A DNA stretch of 64,000 nt from Corallochytrium limacisporum Hawaii (Eukaryota; Protista; Pluriformea): contig PDIP01000021.1 in NCBI GenBank assembly GCA_002811645.1, positions 186,001-250,000 on the forward strand, read 5' to 3'. The first letter of the stretch is position 1, and each line of letters starts with the position of its first letter. A program made the translations under genes and the position numbers. This document shows positions 52,501 to 63,500 of the stretch, in pieces. The notes beneath the pieces are model-generated. The model was not told the origin of the DNA. It was given only the letters and a program-made list of their open reading frames with translations, and did not search any database.

Positions 52501-54880
52501 TCTGCGATGCAAGAAAATTTTAACTCTCATGATCAAAATTGGATTTAGCCCAAACAAAAACATCGCCATGCCGTGCCTGTCAAAGACGTGAGCTATGAAA
52601 TTTCCCATCAGTATCAAACAACCAGGGCCCCCTGCACCATTAAGTAAACCGCACCAGAACACACGCTGCTCGGATGGCAGCCGCATCCCAGCAGCAGGTC
52701 AGGTCTCTTTTCTCCTGTAAGGCGTCCGTGATCGGTTACTACAGAAAAAGCCAGGCCCGTTATAATGTGTAGACTTAGAGAATGTGAGAGGACACACAAG
52801 GGGACGATGTGATGCATTTCCGGCATGTCCTCAAACCGCTCGCATCACAAAGAGCATTGGCAAAACTGAGCAAGTTGTCCGCCGAAGGAAGCAAAATCCA
52901 TGCAGGGATAGAACTAAGAGTATAGCATAAAGTACTATTAGTATATGCTTGGGGCTGACATACCTATCTTATCTCTCTACCTAACCCGGCTATTATCGCG
53001 CAGCCGCTGCACTAAAGTGGAGAACCGGGATCGCACCGAAACACCTCTGTGTAGTGATGCGGGCTGGTACGTATAAAATGTCACTCTGGATATATTGTCC
53101 AAGCTCTGTTCTTACGGATTCGATCTGTGTCTGTGCGTGTGCGCAGCTGTAAGCTTTTTCTTTTTTGTGATAGTGAAATGTGCGGTCGTGTCGGGACGCT
53201 GCGGTTTCTTCAGAATATTGTTCTGTGGCACTCTGTGACTGACTCCTGGGCCGTGTCCTTTCTATACTTGAACCTAGCCGAAAATTGGCCTTTCCGGTAC
53301 TGACGCGCTGGAAATCATCTGATGTTTTCTGTCTTCATGTCGCTTCCTTGCGCTCGCGTTTCTTCAGTGCTGGTGATGGCTGACCCAGGGAATTGAGGTG
53401 TTTCCATAGTCCCTCCAGTGAATTGGGCTACAGGACTTTGACATACTGTTACGGGTCGTGGGCAGGTGGACCTTGAACCGCGTACCCCTTAACCGGTGAT
53501 GATCTGCTAACGCGAGGATCGCCCACTGCCCTCCCCACACATCGAGCTACGGGGCATTTTGGATAGATAGGGGAACATTTGGGAAGTGCGAAAAGGGGAG
53601 ACCCCGCTGTGTCATCCACTGTTTCCCGTCATTTATTGGGCCCAAACCTGACGACGTTTGTGGGGGTTGCCAACATTTTTGTGGCTTCGAAGCGACCAAC
53701 CTTGGGTGAGAGAAGAGACGAGAGTGGGAGAGTAAGCAAGAAAAGGAGGAAGTGGCCACGAGAATACAAAGGGCAATGAGAGATATGAATTATTGTTGGG
53801 ACCTCGGACCCAGGCGGTTGGTTGGTGCGGTGCGGCATGTAGGGCGGGTGGGTATTTTGTAACCGCCTACCACCCTTTCAAGAAGTATGGTACAATGATA
53901 CCATCATCTACGGGAAGGATCGGTGCCCGTGGTGCGCTTCGCCCCGACCGTCGTTCCTTCGTTATTCTCTCGTTCCCGTCGCTTCTCAACCAACTCAAAT
54001 TTTAATTGCGTGCTGCTGATGTATATAGCCTGGCTTGGTAGTCATTCTCTGGCTTCACTAGGTGCAAGATAATTAGATAGCCAAAGTGCAGGACCCCCCT
54101 ATCCGCGGGTCTACCGTTCTCCCTGCCCCTCCGTGTGCGGGGAAAGAGGCCCGAAAGAGAAGGGTGGAGGAGGGGTGAGGCAGTAGTAGTAGTGTAGTAG
54201 TTGTGGTAGTTTCAATACCTTCGCAGCGGGCTTTGCTCCCCTGTGCCTGGGGTGGTGACCTCCCCTTTTGCCCTTCCCCTTTTGCCCTTCGCTCCTCCCT
54301 TTTGTTTTCTTCCACAAGAAGAAAAAAAAAATCTCCGCCGAAGAAACTATTGCAGTAGTTGTCTAATTGAAACCCTAGGTACAGAACTGCGAAGAGGGAG
54401 GAACTGTCCACCCATGGGGAGGAAGGAAGGGAAGAGGAGGAGGGGGAGGTAGGCTGAACGGGGACATCGCAGTGTCTTTTTAGAAATCGTCGCTATTTCG
54501 CAATGGATTTGGAACGAGGGCTCTAGTCATTGTCTCGGCGAGAAAGGTTTTGGTCAGTTTCGTGATGTTCCCATTGTACTGTGGTCAATATTTTCATGGC
54601 ATGACCAAATAAGTTGGTTGCACGACATGGCTATTTGGAACACGGTTTTGAATCGTGGCACGTCTGTGAATATCAGAAAACCCAAAATGACCTTTGGCGC
54701 ACGGAATAGAAACAGTCTGTGGAAGCAACCAGAATCCGATCTTGAAGAGCACATAGTATTCCAAGGGATTTCATTGGTAGACCAGTAACATAAACCACAC
54801 CCCGTCTCAGAAATATGCGTTAAGTTCGCGTTTTATAGACCAAAGTCAAGCAGAGTTGTGATCACAAGACGGTGACAACC

Positions 54881-57358
54881 ATGACTGGCTCTCAAGGCGA
54901 GTCTCCTAATGACGGAGACTCTGCGGCGAAACAGCCTTCGCCGAACCCCAAGGCTCCATTGCCACAAACAAAGGACGCAATAATTGCCCAAATCCTGGAG
55001 TACAAGCCGGACTATGAAGAAACAGATTTGCCGGAGCAAGAACTTCTGAAAGTTCTACGAAAACTTCGGTCAAAGCACACACGGAGTTTAAGGAAGAAGA
55101 CTAAGGTATACAGGGAAAACCACAGCTTGATTGAGAAAAGACGAAGAGACAAAATCAACCAGTGTATTTCAGATCTGGCGGCCCTTTTGCCAAACGTCCA
55201 GGACGTTGAGAAAATTGACAAGAGCAGTGTTTTGGTTGCAACCGTTGCATTCGTTAAAGAAGTAACGCAAAACGGTGCTCTCACAGGTACCGGTCTGAGT
55301 AGGCTTTCAGCGTCAAATGCAGGAGCAGCTGCATCCCGCAGCTCAACCCTGCCGACCGCAAGCACGGGAAGTTCCGCCGCAGGACGGTTCGTAGAACTTG
55401 ATGCCGAGACATTCGTACCCAGAAATTTCGCTGATGAGTGGAGGAAGTTTGTCAGTGCAACATTGCAGGGTATGGCTATCGTCTGCAATGGCCAAATGGT
55501 AATCACACAGGTGAGCCCCAGTTTCACAAGGGTCAGCGGCTGGATGATTGAAAGTATCCGGGGCGTGCACCTTGCAAAACTGATTGCACCGGAAGTCCTC
55601 CCTCTTTTCAAGCAAGTCCTGCAAACATTGGAAGTAGCTAGTAGACGTGGAATTCGGACCACTGGAGGTCAGCCAATCAAAACCGTCATTCGAGCGAGCA
55701 ACGGGGAAAACTTGGCCCTGCACGGTCAAATTCAACGTTTTGCTTCGCAGTCGGAAATCTACTATGCCATGATGATGTATCCTGTGGGAGGTGCTGTCAT
55801 GAACAGAATGGTGCCTCCTGCACCTGAAGCGCAACATGCCGCTGCACTTGCTGGTAAGGAACACCCCGCAGATAGTCTTGCTGCGATGCGGAACATGAAG
55901 CCAAGTTACGGGTCCGATGCGAGAGACCTCATGATGCCTCATGTGACCGCTGCCGCTCATGAAGTAGCGGCTAGGGGCCATCATCGTCCTATGAGGGCGA
56001 CTGAACCGCAGCCTCGGACACGAAGCCCTGTTGTTGACGATGGATCTCGCGGGGCGGCTGCCATATCCTCAGGTCATGCAGCGCCACCTCCGTCACAGCA
56101 GCAGCAACAACAGCAGCCGCAGCAACAACAACCGCCGCAGCAGCCGCCATCACAGCAACCGCCGCCTCAGCAGCCGCAGCAATCGCAGACTAGTGTGCCC
56201 CCGCAGGCCCAAAGTGCAGTTATTGGACCGGACCAAGCAGCCGGATCAACAAACAAGCAACAAGAGCAGGTTGCAGTCTCAAAGCACACACTGGATGGTA
56301 CATTCTGTCATGCAAGTTCACCTGCTAGCGATATCTTTGGCGATTCGGTGAAGAATCTGCTTGGCCAGAATATCATGCATATGTGCACAACTTCGGATGC
56401 TCCCAAGCTGCAGGACGCCTTTGGTGAAGCCATGAGAAAGAACGAACAGAACACAGTCGAAATTGTCTTTGTCAGGCCCAACGGCACGTTGGCTCGGGTT
56501 GAGATCAAGATTCGCCCGTTCCTCAACCCTATCACTCGCAACGTTGAGTTCATGTTGTTAATGAGCAAGATTATTGAAGAAATTGGTCAAATGGGCAATG
56601 GAACAAACATCGCCAACGGCAACACAAGATTGAAGCGTGAAGCGGATGATCACACTCAGCCATCGTTCGACAGCGCAGTCGGTGGTCCGGGACCAAATTC
56701 GTCGGCATCGTCTGCACCACTGTCTCGACTCCTGATGTCATTACAACAGCCTGAAGAATTTGATTTTCCATTGCCTGCAATGGCGCGGAACTCGAATAGT
56801 GGTATCAGTGGCATGCGAAGCTCCGATAGTGGTGTGGCTGGGTTGGAACCACGCTCTTCTGGCGAGGCCACAGACTTACCTGGTCTTGGCGTTGGGCAAG
56901 CCACACATCAAGCAAATCCGTTCCTGGCCAAAGCCACCACTGACCGGCCGCAGGAATCTGCAAGTGCAGCAGCGCTAAGCCGGGCAATGTACAGTCCGCA
57001 GACCATCAAGAAGGAGTTCCCCGTCGGTTCGGCTCCAGAGAATGGTACTGCCGCAGCCCCAAGCGATGGAAACGACTTTTTGGCTTTCCTGGGCGCCGGT
57101 GGCGACGCCACTACCGCGGCCAACAACCCCGGCAATGTTACTGGTGGCGTCGATTTCGAAAACCCAGCCTACAACATGCTAAAGCAGCGACCCAACGACA
57201 CAATCCCTGGGTTCCCAAAACCACTTGGAGTCCCCATGGGTGCGGGAACAACCCCTGTGGATGATGGTATGATCAAATTCCGTCGCACGAACGACATTGG
57301 CAACGGTATTGGCAATGACAAATTGTACGCAGCGGACAACAGCAGTGCCAACTGGTGA
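54881..57358 (+). CDS. bHLH-PAS transcription factor, ARNT/BMAL1-like (class II)
   Basis: ATG at 54881. bHLH RENHSLIEKRRRDKINQCISDLAALLP...KIDKSSVL; PAS-A (ATLQGMAIV...VSPSFTRVSGW); PAS-B (SKHTLDGTF...LLGQNI...FLNPITRNVEF). AATAAA at about 57469. Confidence 0.9.
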   Translation: MTGSQGESPNDGDSAAKQPSPNPKAPLPQTKDAIIAQILEYKPDYEETDLPEQELLKVLRKLRSKHTRSLRKKTKVYRENHSLIEKRRRDKINQCISDLAALLPNVQDVEKIDKSSVLVATVAFVKEVTQNGALTGTGLSRLSASNAGAAASRSSTLPTASTGSSAAGRFVELDAETFVPRNFADEWRKFVSATLQGMAIVCNGQMVITQVSPSFTRVSGWMIESIRGVHLAKLIAPEVLPLFKQVLQTLEVASRRGIRTTGGQPIKTVIRASNGENLALHGQIQRFASQSEIYYAMMMYPVGGAVMNRMVPPAPEAQHAAALAGKEHPADSLAAMRNMKPSYGSDARDLMMPHVTAAAHEVAARGHHRPMRATEPQPRTRSPVVDDGSRGAAAISSGHAAPPPSQQQQQQQPQQQQPPQQPPSQQPPPQQPQQSQTSVPPQAQSAVIGPDQAAGSTNKQQEQVAVSKHTLDGTFCHASSPASDIFGDSVKNLLGQNIMHMCTTSDAPKLQDAFGEAMRKNEQNTVEIVFVRPNGTLARVEIKIRPFLNPITRNVEFMLLMSKIIEEIGQMGNGTNIANGNTRLKREADDHTQPSFDSAVGGPGPNSSASSAPLSRLLMSLQQPEEFDFPLPAMARNSNSGISGMRSSDSGVAGLEPRSSGEATDLPGLGVGQATHQANPFLAKATTDRPQESASAAALSRAMYSPQTIKKEFPVGSAPENGTAAAPSDGNDFLAFLGAGGDATTAANNPGNVTGGVDFENPAYNMLKQRPNDTIPGFPKPLGVPMGAGTTPVDDGMIKFRRTNDIGNGIGNDKLYAADNSSANW
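56095..56187 (+). repeat. CAG/CAA/CCG-rich poly-Gln/Pro coding tract in the bHLH-PAS gene
   Basis: Encodes QQQQQQQPQQQQPPQQPPSQQPPPQQPQQSQ. Confidence 0.9.
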
Positions 57359-57576
57359 AAGGTTGCCTATGACCTCAATTTAAAGAAAATGGGACTAGTG
57401 AGAAACATCAAACCATACCTGTGACTTCTAAATTGCATGCGCTTTTGTGTGAGCGCACCGAGGGAGTTAAATAAACCTTCTACCAATTTGTTCCTGCGTT
57501 TTCAATTCTAACGATTGTGTTAAACATTTACGTGGGTGTCTCGGTATTCTTTCTTTGCTCTTGGAGTTCTCAAAAA

Positions 57577-60500
57577 TTAGAGGTACGGTGCCCATCCAAT
57601 GTACATTTCACATAGTTTTCTGAGGTCTGTGGCTTCATCAATTAGTGTGTTGACTTGCGCCTCCACACTGAGGGGCAAGGCTCTCTCTGACTTCTTGCCC
57701 TGAAGACGCATGTCAATGTCGTTGATTTTCTTTACATTGCGAGAACCCTTAAGGTCTAGAGTCGGGTCATGAACAAAGGACTTCATAACTATCATCAGCG
57801 CTTGCCGTTCCCGGCGCAACACGCGATAGGTTTCCTCGCATGATTTTCGGAAGCCTCCCTCGATGCCTGTGGGTCCAAGTCCATCGACCACCTGACGGGT
57901 CAACCGGAAGGGCACCACTTCTGGCACACGCAGTTCGCCCCCCTTAAGGAAGAGACAGTTCCAGTCGACATGCAGGCACCGACCGGTTCGCTTGCAGTAC
58001 AGAATATTCTCCGTATGCCGATCTCCGAGGCCTACAATCCAGCCGACAATGCACATTGCCGCTGTACTTCGCGCGTAGGCAAGTCGCGCTGAGTACCAGA
58101 TACTTGGATCCTGGAAGTTGCCGATGAACCACTGATGGAGGATGGGAGGGAACCTTGGCAGCAGGAGCTTGTAGTAAAAGTCATAGTTGGACATGCGACC
58201 GCGCTGGGTCTTCTCGGTGAATAAAGAGTAGACCTGCTTGTGACTTAGTGTCGTGATGTTGGCAGTTTTGTAGGCGCTGGTAATCATGGATCGAAGATGA
58301 CTCGTATCCTGGACCCATTCAATGATACCTGTGTCCTCATTCACAGGGACAACTGCGTAAGTACTGATCTGGAGCTGACGGGTACGGCTGGGTTCGTGCT
58401 GTACCAAAAGGCGATTGATTAATCGATTAAGCTCCATCATACGCTGATCCTTCCGCAAGTCATCCTTCGGCTTACACAGGAACGTGTATACCTTGCCGTC
58501 GCTGCCACAGACGCTGAATTTCTTCGGCTTCGCCAGGGACGCCAGGACCTGAACCTCATCCCGCACACCAGTGATCGTTGGGTAGCCGTCATACGACAGG
58601 TTTCTGCCCACCTCAGGGTACAAAGACTGGGTAGTTGGTACAATTACCTCCACCGGCATCATCCGCACAAGTTTTCGGAACTCCTTATTCACATTAAACG
58701 TGGACACATCTGATTGTGGCTTGTAGTTGGCCATGGTTATGAGCTCATCCGCAAATAGGGCGTAGTTTGTGACCAACTTTTCCAACCGCTTGGGGTCGAT
58801 GGTTGTCTTTGCGAAAGACGAGTGTTCCTTATCCTTCGATGAAGACTTGGTCGGTCTCGTCGCCTCAGCATAGATTTCCTTGAACCGCACAGTACGATTC
58901 TTGTTCTTGGATTTCATGGCACCCAGCAAGGACCACATGATCTGGTGGGGGAACCGATGGAGAAGACGCACAATCACTGTTCGAAGCGATGACCATACCT
59001 GCTGACTTGAGGGTTGCGTCATGCGACTGATCAAGTTTGATGTCACCACCAACCATTGATAGTCCGGAATACGTGGAATCACCTCAAGTGCCACAGTGTT
59101 GTTCATTTGATCGTTCTGTGAATCATCGTAGTTACCTTCCAAGTTGGCATCTAACCACAGAGTCACCAGTCGAGGCAGTGCCTGGTGCATGTAGCGGTCA
59201 TCCAGCCTCGCGGACATGTAATACGCACGGATAATTTCCATTGTTCGATTGACCTCTCTACCTTCGACATCTGCCAGGGTATCATAGAACCCAGCCAGCA
59301 GGTACCATGCCTTTGATTCACCCTTGACGTTGCCGTTGTTCTTGGCATACGTTTGGACCTTCTCATAGGCTTCAATTACTTTGGTACTGTCGTGTCCAGT
59401 CTTTTGAGTCCACTTGGCGAAGAGCATGAGCGCTTTCTGGTTAGTGGTCACTTCTGTGCTTTCCAAACCTTCCCGTGATGTCTGACTCAGACCCGGAATG
59501 TAGTAGCGCTGCGCCGTTTCTTCGAGAATAGCAAGAGCCTTGTAGGTATCTCCCCAGGCATCGTAGACTTTGGCCGTCTCCACCTGAAGTGTTGCGGCAT
59601 CACCATATGCCGCAGCTTCCAAAATCTTTGCGTTCGCTGTGTGATAGAGCTTGAGTTTCCGCGCACTCCGTGCCATCTGCACCAAGGTCTGCGAAAAATA
59701 TTCGTTCCTCTTGTCCTCTGAAATTGTACCGTGACCATACGCCACCTCCACCATACTCTTCTTCAAGGACAATACCGGTTCCACAATGTTGAACGATTTT
59801 GACATGGATGCCACCCGAACATCTAGATGATGTACCACGTCATGGAACCTTCCAGGTTCGTCGTTATCCCGATTGCTGACGACCGCAAACCAGTTGCGGA
59901 GGTCGTCCAAAAAGTGCAACTTTGCCCATTCATTGTAGTTCTGTTGGTAGCTATTACCTCGCGCGCCACTGCCAAGGTTTTGTCCGGCAATGGTTCGAGC
60001 AATGATGCTCTCACATGGCCCGACGAAAAGCTTCTGAACGTCACAGTCTGCTGCATCAGTAACGCCAGCGATGCGTGCCATCCGACTGTATCGCTCAGTA
60101 CTGGACCCATCGATCAGAGTTGGTGTCAAACGGTCAATACATGATCCAATGAGTAGGTCAAAAGTGAAAGACTCCGGCACGTCAGCACTGGCGCCCAGCA
60201 AATGGTACTGGACTCCCGTTGGGCTAGTGGCAATGGCTGAGCGGCTTGCCTGTGCAGCCAGGTCACCCAAAGCGCTGCCGATGAAAGACGCACACAAGAT
60301 ATCCATACCCTGGTTCACGTGACGATTCAATTGCTCCCAATTACCTAAACGCCACGAAGCATTGATCTGGTACGGTAAGAAATTCTTTTTCCAGTCCGGC
60401 TGGCGTGTCAGAATTCCTTCCATATGCAAATCAGCAAGATTAATAGATCCGACAGTGAGTAAACTTTCAACCAAGCCACTTGCGAGACGTTGCGCATCAT

Positions 60501-63500
60501 CAAGATTCTCCGCGGCAGCACTATTTAGATACGCCTGCTCGTAGCAGGTGACAGCGCGTGCCCAGTCACCCGCCACTTTGTAGTCCTGGGCGGCTTGGTC
60601 GATGGTGGTCGTTGGCCGCATTGCAGCGGCACCTGCAACCCCGTCTGGATCTCCAACACCAGTAAAGATGGCATGTTGCAACGCCATAGTGGTCTCAGAA
60701 GATATGGATGCCCATGTCGTCTTCTTTTCGGCAAAGCGATCAAGTGCGGAGCTCGGATCCTTTACGATCGGATTTCGCTTTGTTTGTCCAGTCACCCATG
60801 ACAAGCCTTCTTCGAAGTAGTACAAGGCCCGAACAAAGCTCTGCGCTTTGATCGCCACTCTCGCCATCCAGTGTGGATCAATAGATTGGCGGAACTCAGA
60901 CACTCTTTGCAGATAGGGAGCCAGCGGCTCTGTGGTCCAGAGGCCATCTATTCGGCCCGCTGGAAGGTCTCGGAAAGGTCCCGTCGCCGACGGCTTGTGT
61001 AAGATACGCGCCTGCTGCTGAAAGATTCGGTGAAGCTCATCAAGTGTGGCAAACATTGTGAACACACACTGGTCAAGATCTGCTCTCCTTCCAGCATCCT
61101 CATCGGTCAGGTACATTTCTCCAATAGCTTTAAACTCTTCAATGATTTCGCGCGCAACGTCTGGTTGGTCCTCATTGGTGAGGATGTTCCACATAATGTA
61201 CGGCAGGAGATGCATGGCCAAAGCGCTATCAGCATTGATGGCGCCCCAACAAGCATCCATAACGTCTTTAGCCTTCCCACTCTCCAATTTTCCAATGAGG
61301 TAGCGGCTGAAATTGGCTAACCAGGTCTCAAACTTGACCCGTGTGCTTCGGAAGTATGGGAAAGATAGTGTGGGTGGCACCTTTCCAGAAAGACCATACT
61401 TGGATCTCAAAAATGGACGGATGGTTCTTTGGATCTCGCGGCTGAACGACCTCCATACCTCGTTACGGTCGAGATCTGGAGTTTCACGAAGACTGAGCAA
61501 GGACAGCAACCGCTGGATGGCAAAGGCGAATCGATCTTGCTTCGAGATCTGTTGTGCACTAATCAAGGCCTTGTACAAGTAGTCACGGATCAAAGAAATC
61601 ACAAACTCATCGTGCTCAGCGGTAATGGCTATCTCAATTCCACGAGAGAGATGAACCTGGCGGTTGGAGCGCAATGCACCCTCGCTCAACAAGCCGGGAT
61701 CAATAGCGCCAAGCGTACCGAGGCACCTTAAGGCAAGCTGACGGCACTTTTCAACGCTGTCCGTCACTGCTTGCACAAGACCCTGAACAATCCAAGACAC
61801 GGATGAACGAGACCGAGTGTCGCCCTTGGGTGCACGGAGCAAAAGGTCCTGTCCCCATCGATTGACCAGCCGCAGGAGGACCTCGAGGCTCAGCCGCCGA
61901 ACTGCATCACTGTCATGAGAGATTGCATGACACAGACTTCGCCAGACTCCGGGATCTGGACACCGCTCTCCGGGTACATCAATAGCACCGCCGCTAGCGT
62001 GAACAGACTTGCGGTAATCCTTTAAGCTTTCAGGAAGGTATACAATCTTGGAGTAGTATTCCTTTACGAATACTCGCTTCTCGTACAGCAGGATGCGGGC
62101 CACATCGTTGAACGTAGACTTGAGAAGCTGAATGCGACTGTCATTCGACTCACCACTGCATGCTTGCCTGTACGTACTTGTAATCCAACCCTCGGTCTCC
62201 AGTAAGAAGATAGCAATGATTACTGGGCTCATCGCACCGATTCCATCATCCGGCAATTTGTTGATGAACACCATCCATCCCCGACATGCCAGGCTCACCA
62301 GATCTGCGTCTTCCAGAGCAGATCGCAATAGCAAAATAACCTTTGGCGCGATCGCCACCAAGTGATTGTGATCCGGAACCACTTCAAGCAAGCGAATCAC
62401 ACTCGCAATGGCGCACTTTCTCTCCCATATTGAAGTGTCAGGCCGAACAAAGCGATTATTCAAATCAGTTAGACAACCCAGTACAGCCTGCTGTAACAGT
62501 TTGTAGCGACTGCCCGTCATGTCAGGGTCAAGGAGCTCATTGATCGCATCCAAGGTACGGAACATCATTGCATCATACTGCTCATCCAAGGACTCATTGC
62601 TCACGTAGGATTTACCGACCATGGTTGCCCAGAGTACATACAGCGGAGTCTGCTTGCGTTCGAGCAATTTCCTAAGATCAATCGGGTCTTCCTCCGAGTT
62701 TGCCTCATGCACCAAAAACTCCAGTGTGTTTGAAAGTTGTGTCTGAGACGTCTCATCCGCGCCACCTTTGCACAAGACGTGCAGAACAATTGCATGGGAT
62801 TGGTTTCTGACCAGCTCAATGGTATCATTCTTTGTGTCATAGTACTCTGACAAGATAACAATCATATCGTGAGATCGCAGGCGGACGGCCACAGACAGCA
62901 AAATCGATATCTTCGACCGCACCAGTTCGGTGACATTGCTGTTGAAGAACACATCCGCCAAATGATTCAATCGCTTGTCAACCATGGCATCCCAATCTTG
63001 AAGTGGTGTCGAGTCGTCTTTGTCAACCACTGCTCTGACATAGTGTTCGATGACGTTGTCCTCAATCTCAGAAACGTCGAATTTCTGCGCAATCTTGGCT
63101 TTCCGGAAAAACGCTTGCATTCCTCGGCGTGCAGTCTCGGATACAAGCAGTCGATCGCAAAAGCAGACCTCTAGGAGACTGTGCAACAGAGTGAGCCATT
63201 CATCCGGGGGCCTGAATAAGCCGTCCACAGCATCCACAAAGTATGCGAGTATGCTCTGTCCCATACTTACAAAATGAAGCGCTTGTACCATTTTTTCGTC
63301 CACGGTAACGCAATCTGTGATGCATTGAGTGGCGATCGCAATGAATTCGGACAGCTCATATGTGGTCTCCCGCGAGCTCCACACCGCAAAAACTAGGGTC
63401 GGCATGATTGCTCTGATACTGTCCCACATATTCTGATCACCATTTTTGTACTCATCTAATATGAAGGCAATCAGGCCGGGCAGAGTCAAGAGCTCGTCAA

